Shown one piece after another: positions 9,367-19,700 of a stretch of DNA of 64,000 nucleotides. The notes under the pieces are model-generated. The model worked only from the letters and a program-made list of their open reading frames with translations, was not told the origin of the DNA and did no database searches. Source of the DNA: Vulcanimicrobiota bacterium (GTDB taxonomy: Bacteria > Vulcanimicrobiota > Vulcanimicrobiia > Vulcanimicrobiales > Vulcanimicrobiaceae); the NCBI GenBank assembly GCA_963723515.1, contig CAVRQT010000003.1, positions 832,001 to 896,000 of the forward strand, written 5' to 3'. The stretch's first letter is position 1. The number at the start of each line of letters is the position of its first letter. A program made the position numbers and the translations under genes.

Positions 9367-10342
9367 TTAAACCGAGCCGACAAGCTCGCAAAACGTTGCG
9401 AGATCGATGTTGCCGCCCGAGATCACGGTGACGATCGGTCCGTTGGCCTGAACTCTTCCCGAAAGCGCCGCAGCAACCGGTAAAGCGCCCGCCCCTTCCG
9501 CAATGACGCGCGCCTTTTCGGCGACCGTTTTCATCGCACGTTTTGTTTCATCAAGCGTGACCACGACGCAGCCATCGACAACGTCTTTCATCCGTTCCCA
9601 CATTCGCGGGAAGACGCTCTTGCCGCCGGCGCCGTCAACGAAGGTTGCTTGCCAACCCTCAAACGTGGAAGCTTTGCCTCTCGCGAATGACAACGAGCCG
9701 GGCGCTGCGGTCTCAGGCTCGGCGCCATAAACACGGACGTTCGGATGCCGCGCTTTAATCGCCGATGCGATGCCCGTCAGCAAGCCGCCTCCGCCGAGTG
9801 CCGCGACGACGACCTCCACATTCGGCAGATCTTCAGCGATCTCCAAACCGATGCTGCCGTTGCCGGCAATAAAATCGGCATCATCGAACGGATGGACGAA
9901 CGTTCCCTTAACGCCGGGAAACTCGCGCCGCTCGAGCGCTTCCCAGCACGCATCGAACGGGCGCTTTAACGAGCGTTGCGCCGAGCACACGCATGCGTTC
10001 GACCTTTGTTTCAGGGGCCGTTTCGATCGTCACAACGGTGCACGGCACACCGGCGGCGCGCGCCGCGAAGGCGACGCCCTGACCGGCATTTCCGGCGCTG
10101 ATCGTCCAAACGCCCGCTGCGCGGCGATCTTCCGGAAGCATCGCAACCGCATTTGCTGCCCCTCGGAGTTTGAACGAATTGATCGGCTGCAGATTTTCGA
10201 GCTTCAAGTAAATCTCGGGTCGACTTGAACCGAGCTCCAACTTGACGAGCGGCGTGCGCGCAATTGTCGGTGTAATGCGGTCGCGCGCTGCTTCGATCTC
10301 GGAGATTGCGATTGGCCGAATCGCCGGCAGCGTATCCGTCAT
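9367..10342 (-). CDS. PLP-dependent threonine/serine dehydratase family (frameshift near 9950)
   Basis: LKLENLQPINSFKLRGA, SAGNAGQG, GGGGLLTG, VISGGNID. Confidence 0.88.
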
Positions 10343-10390
10343 GCGTAGCGGATTAGCGTGAGTCTCTCATGATGCCTGGCGCAAGGCGCA

Positions 10391-10420
10391 TTGACCGATT
10401 GCCGCAAAGTCCGGTACAAT
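10391..10420 (+). promoter_or_regulatory. Probable sigma70-type promoter for tRNA-Ile
   Basis: TTGACC, 18-bp spacer, TACAAT, ending 13 nt before the tRNA. Confidence 0.6.
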
Positions 10421-10433
10421 CGCCTCCGCTTAA

Positions 10434-10510
10434 GGGCCATTAGCTCAGTTGGTTAGAGCGCATGCTTGATAAGCATGAGGTCCCTGGTTCGAGACCAGGA
10501 TGGCCCACCA
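10434..10510 (+). tRNA. tRNA-Ile(GAT)
   Basis: GGGCCAT/ATGGCCC acceptor stem, CATGC-TTGATAA-GCATG anticodon arm, GTTCGA, encoded CCA. Confidence 0.97.
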
Positions 10511-10524
10511 TGATCGCTCAGAGT

Positions 10525-10797
10525 TCAGTGATAGAAATAAGGATCTAAAACCGACACCGGCACGATTGAATCTACCGGCAGCCCGTTTTTCTCGGCCGCC
10601 TCTGCGATCGCGGCCTCATTCGGTCCGTCGTAGATGCAGTACGTCTTCCTCTTATCTTGTGTCACGTATGAGTGGACCCAGGTCACGCCGCCGGAACCGT
10701 TTTTATCAACAATCGCCAGACACGCTTTAGCGCCGTCGCTCGTTATCGGTACATCGAGACCGCTTGGAAATGTTCGCTCAACCATGAATCTCGGCAT
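10525..10797 (-). CDS. DUF4242 family protein
   Basis: MPRFMVERTF...VTWVHSYV...KTYCIYDGPNEAAI...GLPVD pattern. Confidence 0.8.
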   Translation of the reverse strand: MPRFMVERTFPSGLDVPITSDGAKACLAIVDKNGSGGVTWVHSYVTQDKRKTYCIYDGPNEAAIAEAAEKNGLPVDSIVPVSVLDPYFYH

Positions 10798-10881
10798 AGC
10801 AACTCCTCTTCAATTCGCCTTCGCGGCATGTTCCGCACTTCTCTCAGAGTCCTGTCAGGATAGGGGCGTAGGGTCGTGGCG

Positions 10882-11719
10882 ATGATTAGCGTGCCGCAGC
10901 AGGCGCCTCGCCGGCGGCGATGGCGCAGCGTCGTTGCATTCTTCAGCGGCTCTACGCTGTTGCACTTGACGCTTCTGCCACTGCTCATCACGTCTGCTCG
11001 GCCTGCGCATTTTCAATCCGGCGTTCCAGCCGGAAGTCTATCACGTCAGCTCTTCCGCGATTCGGATCGAGCGCATGACGCGTCCCATGCCGCACGCTAT
11101 TCCAAGACCGCGCCCGCTGCCGCACGTCCACCCGATCGTTCAACCACGTGAAATTGTACACAAAGCTGTGCCGAAAGCAGAACCCACCTCTGTTCCTGTA
11201 CAAATCGCGTATCAGCCGCGCATACGCGTGACTCCAGTACAGAGACTACCGCATCAGCAGATCGATCCCAAGACGCTCGCGGCGCAAGAACGGACATATG
11301 CTGCAACGATCGCAGCAGCGCAGGCCGCGAGCAATCCGCTCAGCATTTCAAAGTCGGAGCGCTCTGCGACGACGCTTTCGCGCGTCAACTACAACTTTGC
11401 CGGCTCAGAAGCACCGGCCCAGCGCGGTGACGGCATCCTGTATCCCGTCAAACGGTGGACGGACGGCAGATTTGTTTACTACTACCTGCGATACACCGTG
11501 CATTATGCGAGCGGGGATTACGAAGCCGGAGATGTGCCTTGGCCGGTTCACTACACAATGAGCGATGACCCATTTGCGGAAGGTATCAGCGAGCACATTC
11601 CGCTTCCAGGGCCGGCGCCGAATTTCGTCGCCTCAAACGACACGGTAATGAAGCCCTTGATCGCGCACTGCTATCGGTTGCGGGAACAATACTGCGAGAT
11701 CATGCCCTCGCCGCAATAG
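10882..11719 (+). CDS. Membrane-anchored hypothetical protein with Pro-rich linker (frameshift near 11030)
   Basis: N-terminal TM (10876..11151 frame) continuing into a Pro-rich and globular region (11075..11719 frame). Confidence 0.55.
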
Positions 11720-11725
11720 CGGGCC

Positions 11726-12517
11726 TTAGCTAAAGTACGTCGCCGGTAATGTGTCGGGAAATTTAAAGCTCGAGTAATAGTACTCGCCGAAGAAATCCGA
11801 GTATTGCGCGAACTCGTGGTAGCGATATTTCCACGTCACATGATTGATGACGACATACTGACCCACTTGGTCAAGTTCGATTTGAAATTGCGCTAAGCGC
11901 GGCGTACGCTGATCGTCCAAAGCGATCGGTAGCGTTCCGCTCAAATCCACTTTCCAAATCTCCGCGCTGACGGTATCGATCCAGAGGCCGTGCAACGCGG
12001 GGCGCTCGGGATGCGTGCTTTCGAATGACAGGCGAAAGGTTTGGTGCCCGCGATAGTTTTCGATACCCTCGACCGTGCACGTCAATCCATCGGAATTATG
12101 GGCACGCACTTCACCGATTAACGGTGGTGATGGCGCCTCAGGCGCGGGCACGGGAAGCCAGACGCTGCGCCTTGATCCATACGGACCAAGTTCGGGCGGT
12201 CCGGGATCGCTCGCGCGCGTTACGTACGGATCGTACCCGAAGCGCTCATCCCAAACGCGCGACACGCCATCGTCGCGATAGGCGACGCTTTCGTGATTGC
12301 GAATGAGCGGATCGCCGTTGTCGGTCACGAGCGACAGCTCGTTATACACAACAAACGGCGGATGAGTAGCCGCCGCACGATGGCGCAACGCGCCATAGAC
12401 GATGTCCCAACAATTCGGCAGCGGATCGGCGACGGCTCGAGCGCACGCGAACGTCGCAAGCAAAAAAGCCGCCAAGAGGACCGATCCCAAACGCTTTGCG
12501 TTCACGCGGTGTTGCAT
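11726..12517 (-). CDS. Secreted hypothetical protein
   Basis: Signal-peptide-like RLGSVLLAAFLLATFACARA; the ORF extension over tRNA-Ala was discarded. Confidence 0.65.
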   Translation of the reverse strand: MQHRVNAKRLGSVLLAAFLLATFACARAVADPLPNCWDIVYGALRHRAAATHPPFVVYNELSLVTDNGDPLIRNHESVAYRDDGVSRVWDERFGYDPYVTRASDPGPPELGPYGSRRSVWLPVPAPEAPSPPLIGEVRAHNSDGLTCTVEGIENYRGHQTFRLSFESTHPERPALHGLWIDTVSAEIWKVDLSGTLPIALDDQRTPRLAQFQIELDQVGQYVVINHVTWKYRYHEFAQYSDFFGEYYYSSFKFPDTLPATYFS

Positions 12518-12604
12518 GGCCTCGTGCCTTGCCGTTATTATGAGCCGGACACGACCGCTTCGCAAGGGCCACCGCTTGCTTAAGCGGTAGAGGCGCTGAG
12601 TCTC

Positions 12605-12677
12605 GGGGATGTAGCTCAGCTGGTAGAGCGCCTGCTTTGCAAGCAGGAAGTCAGGGGTTCGAGTCCCCTCATCTCCA
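12605..12677 (+). tRNA. tRNA-Ala(TGC)
   Basis: GGGGATG/CATCTCC acceptor with G3:U70, CCTGC-TTTGCAA-GCAGG anticodon arm. Confidence 0.97.
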
Positions 12678-12712
12678 CTTCGATTCCACTTCACTTCGAT
12701 TCCACTTCGATC
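12675..12712 (+). repeat. Short imperfect tandem repeat (CCACTTCGATT) at the tRNA 3' end
   Basis: CCACTTCGATT CCACTT CACTTCGATT CCACTTCGATC. Confidence 0.75.
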
Positions 12713-12889
12713 TGCGGAGCAACTAAACCGGCGAAACGGCAAGAAACAGCTGCCTCATCGCGAACGATTATGCAGCGCTCGCTTCCTTGCTAGGGCAAGG
12801 CCGCGACGCAGGCGAGCGGCCGCTTCCACTAGCCGCGAGACGCATTCATTCACACAGCGTCATTCATCTCGCTACGAAAGGATCGCACC

Positions 12890-13327
12890 ATGAGATCAGT
12901 CGGACTGATCTTCGCCGCGTTTGTACTAGCTCTAAGTGCACCAGCATGGGCTACGGGAAACCTTCGGATCCAGCAGAGCGACGGTTCCGTGCAAACCTAC
13001 ACCGGCGTGACCATGAAAGTAGCCAACAAATCGCTGACTTTGATATCTGCCGACAAAGTCTCGACGGTTGTCATCAGCGGTGCCGCTTGCGCTCACAACC
13101 GCGCAATCATAAAGTGCACCGGCGGAGGCTTCTCACTGCTTCAGGATAGGCAACGGCACATGGTTCCGTTCAAGGCGGCGACGTTTTACTTCAATACAAG
13201 CGGCCAGAGTCAACCGCTACCCGCTTCAACAAACACAATTGCTCCCTACTCGGTAGTCTTTGCGGTGCTCACCGCCAAGGGAACGCATGTGACCGGGAGC
13301 GGAAAGCTCGATCAGGAGTCCAAATAA
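12890..13327 (+). CDS. Secreted hypothetical protein (beta-rich)
   Basis: Signal peptide ending APAWA, SD AAAGGA, TAATG overlap with next gene. Confidence 0.75.
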   Translation: MRSVGLIFAAFVLALSAPAWATGNLRIQQSDGSVQTYTGVTMKVANKSLTLISADKVSTVVISGAACAHNRAIIKCTGGGFSLLQDRQRHMVPFKAATFYFNTSGQSQPLPASTNTIAPYSVVFAVLTAKGTHVTGSGKLDQESK

Positions 13328-14082
13328 TGAGGAACGTATCGATTATTCTCATCGCGGCACTAGCAATTGCACCATTGGCGGCCGATGCCCAACGAGGCGC
13401 CCGCGCGCCGCGGGCGGCGGCTCCGAACCAAGGTCGCGGCTTTAACCTCAGTCGCGACGTTCCGGCTCAGAGAGTCAGCGCCCCCAATACGGTTCCCGCC
13501 CGCAATCCGAACACGAATGCCGGGGCGGTGCAGACGAGAAACGGCGGCGCATACAACGGTCGCAACACCGCCGGAGCATACAATCGAAATACTGGAAACG
13601 CCGCAGTGTATAACAAGAACACCGGAAATATGAACGTGTACAATAGGAGCACCGGCACCGCGTCGAGGTACCACTACAATACGAACGGCCGCAACGGCTA
13701 TTACTACCGTGGACCCGTTATCGTGAACCCGATCTACAGAGGGCCCGCCTGGGGATGGAATCGCGGGGTCGTCTGGGCGCCGGTAGGAGGGTATTGGGGC
13801 GGCGGATTCTGGGGGCCCTTTGCAGCAGGCGCAGCGGCGGCAGCCGTCATGGGTCGCGTAGTCTATGCGAATCAGACTTATACGTCGTACCATGTTAGCC
13901 CCGGCAGCCCGGGCGCAACGTTGCTATCGAATTATGGGTCCAACAAGTAACCGTGCGGACCCGCCGGATTGGTCGTCATCTACGGGCCTAATTTCGGTGT
14001 GATCTGCGCGAATCCGAACGGTCGCATCGCCGCCGGCAGCTACGCAGTAAATGTTGACAACCTAACGCTTCAATCACAATAA
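13327..14082 (+). CDS. Secreted Asn/Gly/Tyr-rich repeat protein (frameshift near 13940)
   Basis: Signal peptide, YN(R/K)NTG-type repeats, W/G-rich segment; continuation PCGPAGLVVIYGPNFGVICANPN to TAA 14082. Confidence 0.7.
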
Positions 14083-14108
14083 GCTCAAGGCAACCTTAAA
14101 CGCAGATG

Positions 14109-14134
14109 ACACGCCTGCCAGTCGGCAGGCGTGT
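14109..14134. terminator. Hairpin between convergent genes, probable bidirectional terminator
   Basis: Perfect 11-bp stem ACACGCCTGCC / GGCAGGCGTGT with a 4-nt loop. Confidence 0.7.
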
Positions 14135-14140
14135 TTGCAA

Positions 14141-14551
14141 TTACTGGTGCTTCTTTTTAGGGCTTGCCTTTTTCGGCGGCGCGTTGGTATTAGCGCCATA
14201 GTTCGCCGCGTTTATCTGAGCCTGCTGGATCTGAAGCAGCTGCAGATTCTGAATATAGCGGAAATCCTGGATCTGCTGATCGAGCGCTCCGCGGATCTGC
14301 AGCGCATTGAGGGCGCGCTGTGTCTCTAAGGTGTTCGCCTGTGCCTGCAGGTTCAGCGATTGCAAATCGAGCTGCCGCTGCATACCTTGCGAAATCTGCT
14401 GCCGTGCCAGCTCATTCTGCACCGCCGTCTGGGCCTGCTGCTGCAAGATGTTCTGCTGGACAACCCACCAAACGGGACCTTGGTCTGCTCGAACCATCGC
14501 GGGGACGATCATAAGAGACGCGAGCAGCGCGACGGCAAACGAACGCTTCAT
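14141..14551 (-). CDS. Secreted Gln-rich protein
   Basis: Signal peptide MKRSFAVALLASLMIVPAMVRA, Q/L/N-rich helical body, Lys-rich tail. Confidence 0.75.
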   Translation of the reverse strand: MKRSFAVALLASLMIVPAMVRADQGPVWWVVQQNILQQQAQTAVQNELARQQISQGMQRQLDLQSLNLQAQANTLETQRALNALQIRGALDQQIQDFRYIQNLQLLQIQQAQINAANYGANTNAPPKKASPKKKHQ

Positions 14552-14555
14552 GCGA

Positions 14556-16277
14556 TCATTTTAGCAAAAGATCGCAAACACCGGAATACTGGCGGCGGTC
14601 GTGATCGACACCCGAACGCCAAAAGCTGTCGTCGCCCAGATAATCGCTGTGAATCCACATATGCCAGAGCGGACGGAAGAAGCTCGAGGACAAGCGCGCG
14701 TTTGCGCACACGACCCGCGGCTGGGACGCACGAGCACCGTGCGCACGTGCCGCCCTGCCGACGCGAATTGTCGACTGGTACGATGCAATCTCGTTTGCGA
14801 CGATGTCGTTGAAATACCAGTAATTCGCCCAAAAGATACCGTTCCGGTTATCGCCGTCGTCCAAGACCGAGGCGTCTTCCGTAAAGAGACGACCGTAAAC
14901 GTCATTGCGCCAGTGATCCGGCGACACTGACATGCTTGGTTGCCGCACATCAAAGAAAAACTTCGTCTTCTCCAGCGCCGCGCCGAATGTTATGAAGCCG
15001 CGCAACCGTTCCCAATCCGCTGCCGCCAGACCGTCTTCGGCGTAAAGCTCGTGCACGTTCAAAAGCGCATCCATGCTGATCGTTGAACCAAGGCTATGGC
15101 CGGCGACGAAAACCCGATCGTAAAGCGGTTGCGGAACCGCGGGCTCCTTCAACGTTGTTGCGGTTGTCACTTCGACCGTCGTCGCGGGCGCGTTTTGCGA
15201 TCGTAGGACTTGCAAAATGATCCCTTCCACCGTCGCAACAATTTCTTTGCGAAACTGGTAGAAGCGCGCATTTTCATCGTGCGTTGTATAAATCTGCACG
15301 TCGCCGAGAAAGTTCACGAAGAAGCCTTGCATCACGGAGATCGCGCCTCGGACCAATGCCACAAACGCCACCATCTCGATCGTTGAAAGAGCTAACACGT
15401 GATACGGATCCGGTACGAACGCATGCCAGATCGGTACATAAATCAAGCCCAGGAAGGCGACGGCCCCCAGCACCACGAGAAACCAAAACCGCCAAATTTC
15501 ATAGCGCCCAAAAATTGAGGAAGGCGTTGAGCCAGGGGTGATCTGCGCATGGATTTTGGACGCATTCAAACGCCGGCGCCACTCCGAAAACGCGTTGTAC
15601 GCTCCGATCGCAAGTTGAGTCGCCGCAAGCGCGCCGATAAAGATCACGACGACATAGCCAAGCGCACTGAGCGCAAAACCGGGCAAGGCGGTCGTGGGGT
15701 GGAGCACCATATCAATGATGCTCGGCACCTGGGAGACGCAGCGCTGATGTTCCGCGACGTTGGTAATTCCAGCACATTTCAATGCGACCGCTGCATGCGC
15801 GAAGACATTATATCCACTCACGCCGACGCGGGCCGCCACGGCTAACAGAACGATTGCAATGAGCAGCATCGCGGCGACATAGCCAAGATCGAAGAACGTC
15901 TTCCAAAAGCCGGCGTAGAGCTTGGCGCTCGCATTCAGGGGCGCGAATAACGCGCGCGACATCCAGGCAAGCACGCTTTGCGGCGTCGTCTGATTCTTGT
16001 CGATCGGACTCCAGTAGCCCTCAAAGATATCGAAGGCGTCTTGCTGTGGGTCGTCCGGCCGATCGCCGTCCTGCCAGATGCGTAACGCCGTTGCGTGGAC
16101 GTCTTCGGGTCCAGCGCTGGGCGTTGAAATCGGCGGCCAAAGGATCGAGGTGTGCCAATGGGCGCCGCCCGCGCTCCGTTCGTTCAGACGCGCCGCAAAT
16201 TCCGTCGTAAAGGCATCCTGAATCTGGTATCGCGGTGTCGGACAAACGCCATGGACGACGATGACGGCTGTTTTCAT
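14556..16277 (-). CDS. Membrane-embedded alpha/beta hydrolase (lipase-like)
   Basis: VIVVHG, several TM segments, GHSLG nucleophile elbow, NDIVA and HSDY; SD GGAGG. Confidence 0.75.
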   Translation of the reverse strand: MKTAVIVVHGVCPTPRYQIQDAFTTEFAARLNERSAGGAHWHTSILWPPISTPSAGPEDVHATALRIWQDGDRPDDPQQDAFDIFEGYWSPIDKNQTTPQSVLAWMSRALFAPLNASAKLYAGFWKTFFDLGYVAAMLLIAIVLLAVAARVGVSGYNVFAHAAVALKCAGITNVAEHQRCVSQVPSIIDMVLHPTTALPGFALSALGYVVVIFIGALAATQLAIGAYNAFSEWRRRLNASKIHAQITPGSTPSSIFGRYEIWRFWFLVVLGAVAFLGLIYVPIWHAFVPDPYHVLALSTIEMVAFVALVRGAISVMQGFFVNFLGDVQIYTTHDENARFYQFRKEIVATVEGIILQVLRSQNAPATTVEVTTATTLKEPAVPQPLYDRVFVAGHSLGSTISMDALLNVHELYAEDGLAAADWERLRGFITFGAALEKTKFFFDVRQPSMSVSPDHWRNDVYGRLFTEDASVLDDGDNRNGIFWANYWYFNDIVANEIASYQSTIRVGRAARAHGARASQPRVVCANARLSSSFFRPLWHMWIHSDYLGDDSFWRSGVDHDRRQYSGVCDLLLK

Positions 16278-16482
16278 ACACGCATCCTCCGCTCATGAAG
16301 CATTACGCAACACGACCGTCAAAGCACTTTCTTCAGCGCGTACGACGGCGTCATCGTTAGCCTGACCAACCAACCACTGGAACTCTTCGGAAGCGCGCTG
16401 CCGCTAGTTCAGCACTCGGCTGTCACCCAGCCGAACTGCATGTAGCCTATACGTTCCGCTTCCGCACGGCCCGCGGGATACG

Positions 16483-16710
16483 CTAAGCGCGTCGATCTGC
16501 GTGCTTGCGTTCATCTCGGTTCTCGTTACGATCGGCCGGGTTCTCAGATAAGAAACGTGCGATAAAGTCGGCGATTGCGCCGGGGCTCGTGACGTAGATC
16601 GTCCGACCCGAGGGAACGTGCTGTATGGATGCACGCCAAGCTCGCGCTTCCAAGCCGTCGTCGGTCCACACCCGAACAAGAAAAAGACTTTCGTTCCGCG
16701 AGGACATCAA
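16483..16710 (-). CDS. Small hypothetical protein divergent from the SARP-type regulator
   Basis: 75-aa ORF with FLVRVW...WRASIQHVPSG...IADFI pattern. Confidence 0.6.
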   Translation of the reverse strand: MMSSRNESLFLVRVWTDDGLEARAWRASIQHVPSGRTIYVTSPGAIADFIARFLSENPADRNENRDERKHADRRA

Positions 16711-16790
16711 CCGTACTGTACACGAGGGCCGTGCTACGGTCGTGCCGGAGCCAGACTGGGTTGCTCGGGCGTACCGAGAAAATCGCCCCT

Positions 16791-19700
16791 GTGCTGCGCA
16801 TAAAACTCCTCGGCAACGCTCACCTGTCCGACGGGGATATCGAACTCAAGATCCCTAGCCGGCGATTGTCGCTGCCACTGCTCGCCTACCTTCTGTTGCA
16901 CCGAAATAAAGCGATCGCGCGATCGCATCTGGCTTTTACCTTGTGGCCGGATGATAGTGAGGAGCATGCGCTAGCGGAGTTGCGGCGACACATCTATCTG
17001 CTAGGAAAGGCGTTCGCGACAGTTTCAAGCGGGGGACCCTGGCTGCTGGCGGATACGGAAACCGTCGCCTGGAGCAAGGATGCGACGTACTGGCTGGACG
17101 TCGCCGAGTTCGAGCGCTGCAGTCAGGATGAAAGTTGTCGCGCTGATGCCGTGACGTTATACGACGGGGATCTGTTGCCCGACATTTACGACGATTGGCT
17201 CGTCAGCGAGCGTGAGCGGCTGAGGCGCCTGCTGCTTGACGACCTGTGGGCGTTGATCCTCGCACGCCGAAGTGATCGCGCCTTTAGCGAGGCCCAGCAT
17301 TTTGCGCAGCGGTTGCTGGATGTCGATCCGTGGCGCGAAGACGCATTGCGCCAACTGATGTCCATCCGCTACGAATCAGGAGATGCAGCCGGTGCGCTGG
17401 CCGCTTTCGATCGTTTCGCGCAGAGGCTTCGAGCCGAAATGGACGTTGAACCGATGCCGGAAACGCTCGCGTTACGCCATGCCATTGTGCGCGGCGCCCC
17501 CGTCGAAGCCGCGCCAAAATCCGAAGAAGCACGGGTGCTCCCGCTTCGCGGACCATTCGTTGGACGCGCATCCGAGCTCGAACAACTGCGTGCCGTTTGG
17601 CGTCGTGCTGCACGAGGCCATGGCTCCGTTGCCGTCGTTTCCGGGGAAGCAGGCATCGGCAAAACACGACTTGTTGGCGAACTCGCTCTGGCGGCCGAGA
17701 GCGAAGGTGCGCGGGTGCTCTTCGGGTCCACAAGTTTTCCGGAGCACGAGCCATACCAGTGCATCGCCAGTGCGCTGCGCTCAAATCTCCCGCTTCTTGC
17801 GAATCTTAGCTTATCGCCTTCGCTGTTGGGGATCATCGCGAAGATCGTTCCCGAACTGCGCTCCGGGCGCCCCGACCTGCCTCTGCCTGTGCCTTTGACG
17901 GACGAGTCAGAAAAATCTCGACTGTTGGACGCCGTGGCTCAAGCGATGATTGCGCTGGCGCGCCCGCGACCCATGGTACTCATTCTCGAGGATCTCCATT
18001 GGTCCGGATACGCAACCGTCGAAGCCGTCGCGTCGCTTGCGAACCGTATTGCGGCAACTCCAATCTTAATCGTCCTCACGTATCGCGAAGAACAGGTGGG
18101 ACGCGCGCATCCGTTGCGGCGTTTGGAGCACGGTCTGCAGAGCGCTCATTTGACGAGCCGCGTAACGCTCGAGGGGCTAAAGCCTGAAGCGGTTGGCGAG
18201 TTAGTGACCGCGATTGTCCCGGGACGCAATGACGCCGCCGAAATGGTGCGATCGGTGTTCGAAACGAGCGAAGGTAATCCGCTGTTTGTAACGGAGATTT
18301 TGCGCAACATCGCTGGAAACGGCAATCGGGATGAATTGCCACGGAGCATCCGTGCGGCAATCGCCGATCGCTTAAACACTCTTGAACCGGCAACACGCGC
18401 GATCGGCGAGATCGCTGCGGTCGCGGGACAAGCGTTTACCATAGAGCTGGTACGCGAAACAGCCGGAGTCTCGGAATCTGAAGTATTGCAAGCGCTCGAT
18501 GAACTGCTGGAGCGGCATTTGGTGCGCGAAGTTAGCGCCAAGAACCGTTTCGATTACGCGTTCACGCATCACCTAATTCAAAGCGCCATCTACGAAGAGG
18601 TCGAACCCAAGTCTCGCCGGAGGCGGCATGGCCGTATTGCGCGCGTGCTGCAAGATTTGTATCCGGAGGTCGCGGCAGAGATGGCGGCCGAGATCGCATT
18701 TCATCTGGACCGCGCCGGTGACGTCGAGAGTGCAGCGCAGCACTACGCTGTTGCTGCCCGTCATGCGGCAGACTTGTATGCGAACGACGACGCTCGCGCA
18801 CTGGCGGAGCGCGCTTTGGAACTCCACCCGGGAGCCGATCGGCTGCGCTATGAACTGCTGCTCGTTTGCGAATCGATCGATTCTCGATTAGGAGAGAAGG
18901 CAAAGCAGAAAAGCCGGCTGGAAGCTCTTGAGGCGCTGGTTCCCGTGCTGGATGAACGTGCATCGGCCGAGGTCCTAATGCGTCGGATCGAATGTGCATT
19001 TCGCAACAACGATCGCAGCGAGGAGCTGCTCGCCATTGAAAAGCTGCGAGAACGCGCGCTGGCGGCGCACAATGCGTCATGGCTGGCCTTTTCGATGGAG
19101 GCGTTGGCGCAGCGCAAGCTTGCGACGTTCGACTACAGCGGGGCTCTTGCTGACGCAGAGTCGGCCTTCAGAAGTTATCAGCAACAAGGCAGTTCCGCCG
19201 GTTGCGTGCGCAGCCGCGCCATTGCGTCGTCGGCTGCAGCCGGGGCTGGAGATGCAGAAGGGGCCGCGCAGTACGTCGATCAAGCGATTGCAATTGCCGA
19301 ACGTAGCGGGGAACCGGCGCTGCTGGTGCGAGCTCTGCAAACTGCAGCTACTACGGCTCAGCAACGCCAGGACTACGTGCGTTTCGCCGAGTTTGCCGAA
19401 CGAGCACTCGTGCTCTGCCGCACAATCGGCGACCGCGAAGCTGAGGGATTCGCGCACAATCAGATTGGCACGGCGAACTGGTCGCTTTGGCGGCCGGAAA
19501 TAGCCTTTGCTCATCTACGCAAAGCAGTCGACGTCTTCACGTCAGTCGGAAGTACGCGCTTGGCGGTAGCGCTGACCAATTTGGGCGGCTTCTTGATGGA
19601 GCTTGGGGAGTTTGAGGCTTCTGCTACGACTTCAGAGCGCGCACACAGACTGGCGTTGGAGGAGCATCTCTATGACGCAGCAGGCGTTGCTCTGAGCAAC

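Noticed and set aside
12518..12742. N-terminal extension of ORF 11726..12742
   Set aside because: It is the antisense reading of tRNA-Ala; the signal peptide starts downstream.
16290..16514. Possible extra small gene between the FLVRVW protein and the hydrolase
   Set aside because: An ATG is present but every frame is interrupted and no motif is recognisable; cannot be supported.
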